From the NCBI GenBank assembly GCA_965178125.1, contig OZ237754.1, positions 930,001-994,000 of the forward strand: DNA of 64,000 bases. The letters run 5' to 3'. This stretch comes from Bilabrum cf. latius (Eukaryota). The notes under the pieces were generated by a model. That model was not told the DNA's origin. It ran no database searches and was given only the letters and a program-made list of their open reading frames with translations. Below are positions 1-9,530 of this stretch, piece after piece. Both the position numbers and the translations under genes were made by a program. The stretch's first letter is position 1, and each line of letters begins with the position of its first letter.

Positions 1-2175
1 AGGCTAAACAATGAACGCAAGCGCATATTTGCCGAATTCTTAGAGGATCACAAATTACCCAAGGATAGCATCAAGAAACTAGGATTTGCTTGTTTATACG
101 ATGGTAGCATTTAGGGTACTGCAAAACAAATTGGAATCGAGGATCTTCAAGAGCTCACTCACAGATGCAAACAAAACTACGATTTATTTGTTAAAGCCAA
201 ACGGGAGTTTGCTGAAATCATGCAGCATGTAAAACAAATAATGGGTTCTGATTGGGAGTTGTTACCTTGTAATCCCGGTAAAGAAAATACTGATAGAGCC
301 GATGTAGGCAAACTTTCAAGTTTCTTTCAGCACATTGAACGGTAGATAACCGAGCATATTGCTTTCATTCTGAATGGTAAGTTTAAGTGCAAGGTGGCTG
401 ATTATTAGTACGATGGCGTGTTTTTGCGTGATGTTTAGAGCAAAACGGTAAACACATGGATTCCAGCTATCGAACAGTTCATCTATGAAAAGACAGGTTT
501 CCGAGTAAAACTGGAAACAAAACGAATGGAAAACTATCAAGTGGATGCTATTTTAGAATCCGATCAAGAAGCACCTGTACCCAAAGAGGTTTAGGATTAC
601 TTGGATGAAAAAGAACAGCAGGTAATTAAGCATATTGAAAGTAACAATCCTTTTGATCCGTTCTTTCATAATTCGATGGATACAGAACGTGTTCCGATAA
701 AACTACATAGCATCATGGATTACAGTAAATTAAACAAGTTACGATAGTAGTATTTCGAGAACTTTTGTGTAAAGATAGAAAATCCTGCGATGTTTGTACG
801 TGTTTTTCCAGAATCAGGAGATGCTGTAACTATCAATCGCCAAAATCTGTTAGTTAGTTTTGAGAACTTACGGCATGGCAATAAAAACCAACCTTGGATT
901 ACCGAATGCTGGTTAAAATCAGCCTCTATCAAAACCTACACGAAAACTACGTTTGTACCATACACTATCAATCCGCCACCTAACCACATGGTAGAAAACA
1001 AATTCAACATGTTTAAGGGATTCATGCATTCAGTAACACCACCTGATAACTTCAAGATGGATCAAACCAAAATCCAGCCGATTCTAGATCACTTGCACGA
1101 TATTTGGTGTGGTGGTGATTAGATGTGTTACAAGTATATTCTTGATTGGATGGCATCGATTGCTCAAACACCATGGAAAAAATCCTTGGTGGCTGTTGTT
1201 TTGGTTTCAATCAGAGAGGGTGCAGGTAAGAATTCAATCATGGAGTTTTTGAAAGAACATGTGTTTGGCAATTAGTACATTCGTGATGTGAGTAACATTA
1301 ATGATTTAACCAGATAGTTTAACATGGACGGAATGAAAACCATCTTTACAGTTTGCAATGAGATTGGATCACAGGGTGGTGCTTACCGAAATGCAGATTC
1401 CTTAAAGGATATGATTACTCGCAAAACGCAGCGGATTGAAACCAAAGGAGTAGATCCAATTCAAATGAGCTGTTTTAATAATTTTATGCTCACATCACAG
1501 TATTGGAAATGGGTCGCCAAGATTTCCAGTAGTGATCGCAGGTACTTTTGTTTAGATGCAGATAACAAACGATGTAACGATGTTGATTATTTCACTAATC
1601 TGTTTAAGTTTTTAACTCCTGAATCAGGCAAACATTTTTGGTATTACCTGTTATCCCGTGATCTTTCAACAGTAAACCTAAGAAATATTCCAATGACTGA
1701 TTTAAAGCGTGATATGGCATCCTTGAGCTATGATCCATTCATTAAAACGCTGATTGAATTAGAAAATTAGAGAGTTGATGGAGAAGATCGATATACGGCT
1801 CAAGAGTTAATGCTGCTATACAATCATGTAAATGAAAAGGATAGCATAAAATCTACCAGATCGTTTAGTAAACAATTCAAGAAATGGAGCAACGATTTCT
1901 TTAAGGTTTGCTAGATTGGTAAAACACGAACTAGGGGGTTCTTAATTACACCCGAGGGCAACCTTGAATTGATCAGGTAGGTGTTAAAAGATCCTGTTTG
2001 GTATTTTCCTGATGCCCCTGAAAATGAATATGAAGAACTCGAGCCTAAATATGATGATAGAGAGGAATCCAAGCAATCAGAGCCTGTTACCGTTATGGTT
2101 AAACCTAAGATTCAGGTAAAATCTAAAGTTCGAAAAGTGTATTCTAAGCTACCAAAGGATATCTGTTTGATTTAA
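1..2175 (+). CDS. TVpol (PolA-like primase-polymerase) fused to a superfamily 3 (D5-like) helicase, 5' partial, >724 aa with TAG read as sense
   Basis: Frame +1 is open from base 1 to TAA 2173-2175 with 13 in-frame TAGs (112, 343, 406, 436, 592, 745, 748, 1120, 1273, 1315, 1768, 1912, 1978) and no TAA/TGA. PolA-like motifs KKLGFACLYDGS, LSSFFQHIE and YQYDGVFL. Helicase Walker A SIREGAGKN, Walker B TVCNE, motif C NNFMLTS, then SSDRRYF. Confidence 0.85.
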
Positions 2176-2210
2176 AAATCAAATAATATTTGATTTAGTT
2201 CAGAGGGATC

Positions 2211-2474
2211 GAACATTTTTGAACATTTGAGAACATTTTAATGTTCCTTACTTTGATACGGATTTTATTTGTTTTATATAGGGTAGAACATTAAGAACAT
2301 TTTTTAACTATATATATAAAAAAAAACGATTTCCACACATTTTTGATTTTCAAAAATGGTGAAAATAACGTTTTCTACAAATCAAACCCACCCTCAAAAA
2401 CGCTCATTTTTTTTACTTGATCATCGTAGGGAATTTCCGTACGAAATCCGAAGAACATTAAAATGAGCGTTTTT
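2211..2474. repeat. GAACATT direct repeats plus a 15-bp inverted repeat in the element's AT-rich spacer
   Basis: GAACATT at 2211, 2221, 2231, 2286, 2295 and 2453, with an inverted copy at 2240-2246. AAAAACGCTCATTTT (2396-2410) pairs with AAAATGAGCGTTTTT (2460-2474). Confidence 0.75.
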
Positions 2475-3010
2475 ACGAAATAGAAATAATGATCAGGCTT
2501 CTGATCTAAAATTCAAGGATGCAATCAATCAAGAATACGCCAAGGTAAAGCATATTGAATCCTAGAAGGAGTTTGCACTTGCAATCAAGGAATCCCCATA
2601 CAAATCTGCACTGTTTCGGGCGAGAAAAGCGGGTAAAGTAATATCAGAGGATCTTTACCTATGCATAAAGCAGATGGGATTCAAACAGAAAGGATTAAAT
2701 CATTAACCATTAAATTTTCACGCATTTTAAAACCCAAATATTTCCCTGTATGAGTACACAGAGAGCGTGATTTTAGCGAGTATCTCTGTATTAATTTAAA
2801 TGCACTTAATACGGAATAAATCTTAGAAATCATGAAATCGTTTGATCGTGGTTTGGGGGGAAAATTGATCCGTGTTCACCCTATTTGTCGAGGCATGGTA
2901 AGAGGGGGGATTCGTTTTCGGACAACAATAGGTTTTCTTTGCAAAAAGAGGACCTCTGAAAAGCATTCCTCTAAAAATTGATTTAGAGGTATCTGATCAA
3001 AGTAGATAAA

Positions 3011-4264
3011 ATGGAAGAAACACGAAAACTAACTGAATGGATTAGGGTGGGTTACTCGGGGTTGAGTTCGAAAACCATCAACAATAAGCTGGGCACGGCT
3101 CGTAACTCGATTGTGCCTTTCTTGGAGCAGCATGGTTTGAGCCTAGAGCACCCGATCCCCAAGGGTGCAGATGAGAAGCGGTACTACGAGCTGCTTCGAA
3201 CTTTCGCTGAAACGCGCCCAAGGAAATCCACATGCCCCACTAAGAGCACTAGCCACTCCCGGTAGGTGATAATCTAGAGGGAGGTGCAGAGCATGAGTTC
3301 GATCCTGAAGCAGTACATGGCAACTCACGGAGGATCGGATGAGCAGGTGCAGATGATGGGGATGGTGAGCAAGGTGAGTTATGATAAGGCAAAGGAGGCG
3401 AGTGTGGCAAAAAACACGGTACTCAAACCCGCACCGCCGATTTCCTTGAAGTTGGCAGTGGAGCGATTCGCAGCCAAATCGGTGGCGAGTGTGGATCAGC
3501 CGTGGATGTACTGCCTGATGTATGCTATCCTGCATGTAGCCCCCTTCCGAGCCAAGGTGCTGTAGGCAACCACGATCAATGGGGATGGCTTGAGTAACAT
3601 TAGCACTGCTGATAGGGTTTGGAACATTGCGGTGGGCACGGACAAGGGCAAGAGTTCGGGTGATAAGGAGGAGCGTGTGGTGACGATCTCGGCACGGATG
3701 GCGGAGTTGCTGGAACGGCACTACAAGGCAGGTGATCATTTGATTCCTCTCACGGTTAGCCACAAGAGGCGGGTGAAGGAGTTTGGAGCAACCATGAAGG
3801 GGATTAGTATGGCATTGGTGGGTGTGGAGGTGAGTGCATCGGTGTGGCGAGAGATAGCCTGTACCAATCACTACAACTAGCCCAGCCCCCTGACCGACGT
3901 GCAGTTGAAGCACGTGGCATCGATCATGGGGCATTCGGTAGGCACCTCGCTCACGTACAAATCGTACTCGATCGGTGCGGATTAGGTGATTCCGTGTGGG
4001 TTGCTGGCATCCCCCGAGCCAGAGCCCAAGCCCAAGCTCAAGCCCAAACTCAAGCCCAAGCTCAAGCTCAAGCTCAAGCTCAAGCTCAAGCTCAAGCTCA
4101 AGCCCAAGCCAGTGATTCGATTGAAGTCCAAGATCAAGCCAGTGATTCGATTGAAGCCAAAGGCGCAGCTGGTGGTGGGAACGGGTGCTGGTGTGCTGAG
4201 TGGGTTGAGTGAGGAGCAGATGCGTGTGGCACTGGCAGCCTTGAAGGCAATGAAAGCAATGTAA
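3011..4264 (+). CDS. Tyrosine recombinase/integrase, 417 aa, with a Lys-rich C-terminal tail
   Basis: Four track ORFs join in one frame through TAGs at 3263, 3275, 3563, 3878 and 3983, ending at TAA. Catalytic-type motifs occur in the expected order: APFR, TDKGK, SASVWR, VASIMGHSVGTSLTYKSY. Confidence 0.85.
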
Positions 4265-4394
4265 ACAAACTAAATGAATAAAACAAAACGAAGGGCCCTC
4301 ATCTATGGTAGTGATACCATGGGTGTTGTGCCCTTTTTTTTGGCCTCAGAATTTAGTATCTAACCGAATAAACGAAACATGCTCTAGAGATAAA

Positions 4395-4904
4395 TCACCC
4401 ATGGCGAGGGTGGGGGCAATCCACGAAGGTAGCCATCATATCTTTCTTCTGCAACTTTGCCCTGAACACAGCAATGGAGCAACTCTCCTTATCCTTCAAG
4501 AACTTCTACAACCGCCGAAACTAGGCTCGGGTTCGATCGCTCTTGATGAACTTGGGGAGCTCATCCATCTCGTACTTCTCTAGGGTGCGGTGATCCCGCA
4601 AGAAGGGCTTTAAATCCTGCCACTTGCTCCACGCCACCTCCTCCTCCTCGATCGGCGGCAACGCCCAAGTTACCCGCTTGGTGCCCTTGCGGCTCATCCA
4701 GAACCGCCGCCCCAACCCGAGCTCCTCCAGCAGCACCCGCCGCTCCTTTACATCCCGAGGCACTCCCTCCTGCTCACCCTCTTCCTGCACATCTCCCTCC
4801 AGCAAGAACCCCGTAGCATCACCATCCAACCAGTGGCGGATGGCAAGAGGGCACTTGAGAGGAGGCACAGGTGCAGGTCGAGCGCAGCAGCCCAAAAAAC
4901 ACAT
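4395..4904 (-). CDS. Hypothetical element protein (~169 aa; alternative start at 4943)
   Basis: Track ORF 4521-4943 extends through two TAGs to TGA at 4395-4397. Starts MCFLGCC. No recognisable domain. Confidence 0.5.
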
Positions 4905-4939
4905 CAGATCCCCAAACAGGAAAGGGGGCAGCGATGGGA

Positions 4940-5788
4940 TCATTCGAAGCCCCCCACCAGTTTTCCCGAGGTGGGATCACGGCGGCGGTGCTTCTTGGAT
5001 GGGCGCCCACGAGAGGGGGCGCGTTTGGGCTTGGGTGAATCTGGATCCACCACAGCCACCTCCTCATCGCTCTCACTCTCGACGATGGTGTGCTTGGGTT
5101 TGCGCTTCGTGGCACGCCCCCTTGATGGCTTGGGCTTGGGCTTGGGCTGCGGCTCCTCCTCTTCGGATTCCCCCACGATGTCGGGCACGAAATCCTCTGG
5201 GCGGCGGCTGCTGTTGCTGCGGTTGGATACCACAGAGAGGGCTAGATCGTCGATGGCAACCTTGATCTGATCCACACGGGGGTTCTTCACGGCCTTGACC
5301 ACCTCTTGGATGATGCGTAGTTGCTCCCGTAGCTTGGAGGCATCGCCCTTGTGGCGGGTAAGGGTGTGGTAATCTCCCTCGAGATCCTGCTTGTCGCTCT
5401 CGTTGAGGCTCATGCCCTTGATCTTGTCGGAGAACTTGGTGAGATCGTTGAGGTGCTCGGCGAACACATCCCTTCTTTGGAAGCGCTTAGCGATGGTTTT
5501 GATCTCCTTATCCCGATCGGTGAGGCGCTTGCGCATGCTGTCCTCCTCGTTGGCCATCATTTGCAGCAGCTGCAGCCGAATGGGTTTGGGCACAGCGAAC
5601 AGAGCTTGTCCCAGAAGGTGTAGTGCCTGATCCTTGATGTGTGCCATAGCCGATTCCTGCACACGTTGGAGAGTGGGCGCGAGCTTCTGGGCGAGCCAGA
5701 AGGCACCAGCAGCCATGGCGCTGATGCCCGAGGAGTTGAGCAGCGCGGGAAACCCCTCCCCAGAAACGAAGAGTGAAGCCACGTACAT
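4940..5788 (-). CDS. Hypothetical element protein (~282 aa): hydrophobic N-terminus, coiled coil, acidic/basic tail
   Basis: Long open frame ending at TGA. Heptad-like central region (LREQLRIIQEVVKAVK) and a PKPKPKP/KKHRRR tail. Start position uncertain. Confidence 0.6.
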   Translation of the reverse strand: MYVASLFVSGEGFPALLNSSGISAMAAGAFWLAQKLAPTLQRVQESAMAHIKDQALHLLGQALFAVPKPIRLQLLQMMANEEDSMRKRLTDRDKEIKTIAKRFQRRDVFAEHLNDLTKFSDKIKGMSLNESDKQDLEGDYHTLTRHKGDASKLREQLRIIQEVVKAVKNPRVDQIKVAIDDLALSVVSNRSNSSRRPEDFVPDIVGESEEEEPQPKPKPKPSRGRATKRKPKHTIVESESDEEVAVVDPDSPKPKRAPSRGRPSKKHRRRDPTSGKLVGGFE

Positions 5789-5928
5789 GCTGTGATGGAA
5801 GGTGGGAAAGGGTATGGATGGATAGATAACGAGCAAAAATTGTTGGGGCAGCCAAAGGTAGGAGAGCAAAGTAGGGGTGCGTGCAGCTCGATCTAGCCAT
5901 AGGGCGGCAGGATTGCACCATTCAAAAC

Positions 5929-6159
5929 TTACATGAAATTGATGATAGCTGAAACGCCTAGCCCGGCAGGCAGCATTTTGGCTCCATTGGGTATGAATCG
6001 GAGAAGCCAATACACCACGCTGCCGATCGAGGCAGTGCTCCATAGCGCCGTAACAACCCTTTCTTCATCGAGTAGTTCGGCGTACATGGGGGTAAAAGTC
6101 TGGAACATTGCAACTGGCCGCGGGGTATCCTCGAACTGGGTAACGCCGGTGCCGACCAT
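5929..6159 (-). CDS. Small putative membrane protein (~76 aa)
   Basis: ATG 6159 to TAA 5929. Two hydrophobic segments (VVTALWSTASIGSVVYWLL; MLPAGLGVSAIINFM). Confidence 0.45.
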   Translation of the reverse strand: MVGTGVTQFEDTPRPVAMFQTFTPMYAELLDEERVVTALWSTASIGSVVYWLLRFIPNGAKMLPAGLGVSAIINFM

Positions 6160-6177
6160 GCGAGAAATGGCGCGGGG

Positions 6178-6264
6178 GACAGGCGTGAGTCCGTTGCGAC
6201 AGGCGTGAATCCGTTGCGACAGGCTCGTATCGCAACCGAAATCTGGTTTTCTCATGCGACAGGC
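6178..6264. repeat. 20-bp tandem repeat between divergent element ORFs
   Basis: GACAGGCGTGA(G/A)TCCGTTGC at 6178 and 6198, a partial copy at 6218-6224, and TGCGACAGGC again at 6255-6264. Confidence 0.75.
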
Positions 6265-6339
6265 AGCAGTACCAAGGGACGGAGGCAACTTGCAGTATCC
6301 TTTCCCGCCTTTGTTTGAAAGATAATAGTGTAATAAAGC

Positions 6340-7089
6340 ATGGATGCAGCAGGCGATGGTGAGAAAGCAGTGGCAACAGCAGGGGATACCAGTGCAGTTG
6401 CTCTGCCTCCCAAGCACCCAGCAGGGGCTTCTAGCAAGAAGCAGCCATCCGCCGCCATCGGTGCACCAGTGGATAGTGGCACAGATAGTTACGATGAGTT
6501 TATCGGGCAGTTGCACCGCGGGATTTCACGCGAAGGAGCAGGAGAGGCGCCCACTGCCATGGCGCCAAGCAGAGCAGCGCAACCCTCGATTGAGGGGGGG
6601 CAGCCTTTAGCGGCAACCGCGGGGGAGGAATCAGCAAAGGAACATGCTTCTGAAGCAGATCCTTCGATCAGTGATCATGTTGCATTGCCCCGAGAGGCAG
6701 CAAGTGGAGCGGGGGCGGGCGCAGCTGCACTCGCTGCCTCACATCGATCTCGAGAGCGTGGCAAACCTAAGGTAAAGGTAACAAGGGCAAGGAGTAAGCG
6801 AGGTGCTGTATTACAATGGGGTTTCACTGAGGCGGTAATGATTGTGCATGCCCTGCGCTTCGGCTCTCCGATGGTGGACGGGTGGCTGCCAGAGCATGCG
6901 CCTGGCGATCAAACCATGGAGCCTGAATTGGATCGGAGGAGGATGCACAAGCAATTAGATCGGTTGCTTGATGGTTTGAACCTCTATATTGGCGAGGCAG
7001 CAGCGGTGCCTACCAGCGATCCCGCAGTGGTGGATGATCAGGAGATTCCAAATGCGATGGACGCAGAGAGCTTGGGTAGGATTGAATGA
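6340..7089 (+). CDS. Hypothetical element protein, 249 aa
   Basis: ATG to TGA open frame with an Ala-rich disordered N-half and a more ordered C-half. No recognisable domain. Confidence 0.5.
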   Translation: MDAAGDGEKAVATAGDTSAVALPPKHPAGASSKKQPSAAIGAPVDSGTDSYDEFIGQLHRGISREGAGEAPTAMAPSRAAQPSIEGGQPLAATAGEESAKEHASEADPSISDHVALPREAASGAGAGAAALAASHRSRERGKPKVKVTRARSKRGAVLQWGFTEAVMIVHALRFGSPMVDGWLPEHAPGDQTMEPELDRRRMHKQLDRLLDGLNLYIGEAAAVPTSDPAVVDDQEIPNAMDAESLGRIE

Positions 7090-7193
7090 ATGAACGAGCA
7101 GAATTTTGTTATCAATCCATCACTCGATCCGAAACCCTGCCAAGTACGACTGCCAATCAGCGAATCAGTGTGGCAGCACGGCGCCAAAGCCAA

Positions 7194-7616
7194 TCACAGC
7201 TCCTCAATGATGGCGGGGGGATCTTCCTCGCTTGGATCAGCAGCCATTCCCCAGCTGCGCTTTGGAACTTTAGGTACATCGCGCTTGATCACGGTACTGG
7301 GTTCCAGAACGGCGTTGAGGATGGCGGTAATGCACATCGGCTTGGGCTTTCGCGCGGGTAGCGTTTGCAGCCACAGCGAGAAGGTAGTTTCTCCGCCGAG
7401 CTCTTCGTACTTATCAACTAGATCTTGGTACGAATCAATGCCGTGGGTGTGCAGCGCCTTGAACAGCTTGCCCTTCATGCCTCCGCGTAGGCAATCGATT
7501 GCATTGAGCGGTGGCGGATCGCTTGTGCTGTACCGCTGCACCTTGGTAGCGAGTACCCCAGTGCATGCGAATGTTGAAGCGATCACAAGCAGGAAACTAA
7601 TGCCCCGAGAAATCAT
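7194..7616 (-). CDS. Possible BAF (barrier-to-autointegration factor)-like protein, 140 aa
   Basis: LFKALHTHGIDSYQDLVDKYEELGGETTFSLWLQTL resembles by eye the BAF pattern ([36 protein letters not shown]). Hydrophobic N-terminus. Not confirmed by any search. Confidence 0.4.
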   Translation of the reverse strand: MISRGISFLLVIASTFACTGVLATKVQRYSTSDPPPLNAIDCLRGGMKGKLFKALHTHGIDSYQDLVDKYEELGGETTFSLWLQTLPARKPKPMCITAILNAVLEPSTVIKRDVPKVPKRSWGMAADPSEEDPPAIIEEL

Positions 7617-7933
7617 TCTTGCTGATTAATTTGTGCGGTAAACGGCGGTGCGGGATGAGCGAACTCACAGAGAACCTTCCCCAGATCGGCGCTCCCCTCC
7701 CGCGTGGGGACCCCGCAGAATAATATGGAGACCCCCAAATTTCTCTCCTCTGCAAGAGGAATAGAACCCGAGATGTGAAACGTAGCAGTGTAACTCAGTG
7801 CGTAATTTTTGGCAGTTGAAAATTTCACCTGCAAAAAAAATGATTTTTCAGCAACTTAAATTTCCACCCTCTACCCGTTTTATGGAAAGAATTACTTATA
7901 ACAAAAGAAAAATGTACATAAAAAATACCCTAC

Positions 7934-7998
7934 TCTCACACACCACATACCAGGGGGACCTCCAATTTGGAGGTCCCCCTGGTATGTGGTGTGTGAGA
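7934..7998. repeat. 65-nt palindrome (two perfect 32-bp arms around a central T) at the element terminus
   Basis: TCTCACACACCACATACCAGGGGGACCTCCAA-T-TTGGAGGTCCCCCTGGTATGTGGTGTGTGAGA; every base pair was checked by hand. Confidence 0.97.
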
Positions 7999-9530
7999 CC
8001 AGGTCCGATCGCGCGGATGTTGCCAGCGCCCCAGCCAGTAGTCTTGACATAGACGGCTCCGTAGATATCAATGAAGGCAGGCACAATACCAATCTTGAAC
8101 TTGACTCGCCGGACGAAGGACTTAGGGATGATAGTCGAGGGCTGGATCTTGTTCAGCTCTTCGTCGTCTTTGGCTACCTGCACGTCAAGCCCTAGGAGGG
8201 CCCCTGCAAATAGGCTCACTGCGGTCACCGGATAGCAGAGGGGGAAGACGCCGGCACTGAATAGCTATGAGTGCAACTAAATGCGACGAAACGAACCGAT
8301 CTTCATGGGCAAAATGACTTAGCTCACGCTCCACAGACTCCAGCTTCCACCAGTTCAGCACCATTTCGAACTTCAAGTTGGCACCCAGGTAGGCGTAGCA
8401 GTTCTCGCATCTGACAAGGGTTCCAATCATGTACAAAGGATCTCCATTCACCGGTTCACGGTTGTATGTGTCGAAATTCCAATTGACCAATGACCAGTCG
8501 TGCACGTACCCAACAGTCAACCAGAGATCGAAGGACGTGACGGCTTCAGCGATCAATTCCGCGGTCGTCTTGATTTTGGCGATGACGGTGTTTGCGGTCT
8601 AGACAACTGACGTAACAGCATTAGCGACGGCCTTGAATGGGTTTCCCCAAAGCCTCCGACTTGCTCGTCCGGATGGCGTGTTGCGAAGTTTTTGGGATGC
8701 AAGCCCGAGCCGACGAGCAGCTTCATGGAAAGCCTCGGTGTCGTTACCCCGGAAAGCCTTTTGCATGCCGATGATTGCAGACTTGATTTCATCTGCAGCA
8801 ATAGCAAGGAAATTACGAGAATGGTAAATGCAATTGAAATTGAATAATGCGGCGCTGTGACGATTGTGAACTTCAAGCAAACCGCGCTGCAGCAGCCAGC
8901 CTGCCGGCAACGCGTTGGCAACGAAGGGCTTTTCTTACTCTCATACAGTCCCGGTGTCCTGGAGACATGAGCACGCATGTTGCTGAAACAGCTCTCGAAA
9001 GTTGTTGGCCTTGCTCGAACGGTCAGTGCTGGAGTACCGTTGGAATCGGTGTCGTACTCGAGCCATGGACGGTCGACTACCTCGAAGTAGAACGGAGCCA
9101 CGTCTCCTTTCCCATTGACGCACCCCCATTGTTCAGATCCCACAATAATTGAACCAATAAACAGGCGCTTCTCGAGCTGGGAGGCGCTGGGACCGAGGAT
9201 TGTGATCTCGTGCTTCGCGGAACACGAAACCGAGATGACCTTTGGCCACTCGTCAAGGACCTCCACGTGATGCTGCACCGTGGCATCATAAGTAAGACGC
9301 ACATTTCCTCCGAATGCGTCGACCTTGTCCATGTTGTAGACGAATCTGTTGCCGTGGGCGAGGTGCTCCTTTACTGGCGGGAGAGGGTGCTCGAACAAGC
9401 TCGACGCAGGGTCACCCGACGGTAATGCAGCTGCGATATGGCAGTAACACAAACAAACAATAGCGATAGCCGAGACAGCGATCGCATGTGGCATGGAAAC
9501 CACCAAGAATATGGATGTTTCACCTGCCAT
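7999..9530 (-). pseudogene. Host secreted-protein gene, 5' part, interrupted by the element
   Basis: Signal peptide (MPHAIAVSAIAIVCLCYCHIAAA), GT-AG introns at about 8793-8938 and 8219-8327, one in-frame TAG (8599) and a CENCYAY motif. The reading frame runs (..GNIRAIGPG) straight into the palindrome without a natural stop. Confidence 0.65.

Larger units (their letters stand above)
1..7998. mobile_element. Right part of an integrated Polinton-like virus / virophage-like DNA element (left end lies outside the window)
   Basis: Intronless, tightly packed ORFs including a TVpol-SF3 helicase and a tyrosine recombinase. Bases 1-3000 are visibly AT-rich compared with the GC-rich host. The element ends in a 65-nt palindrome (7934-7998) that abuts a truncated host gene. 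No capsid gene was recognised in this window. Confidence 0.8.

Noticed and set aside
2467-2706. 80-codon open frame (one TAG) in the element spacer
   Set aside because: No ATG near its 5' end and no recognisable motif. It could be a small or spliced gene but is not supportable here.
4395-7616. Capsid or packaging ATPase genes in the element
   Set aside because: No jelly-roll-like or Walker-motif ORF was recognised. Such genes may lie left of the window.
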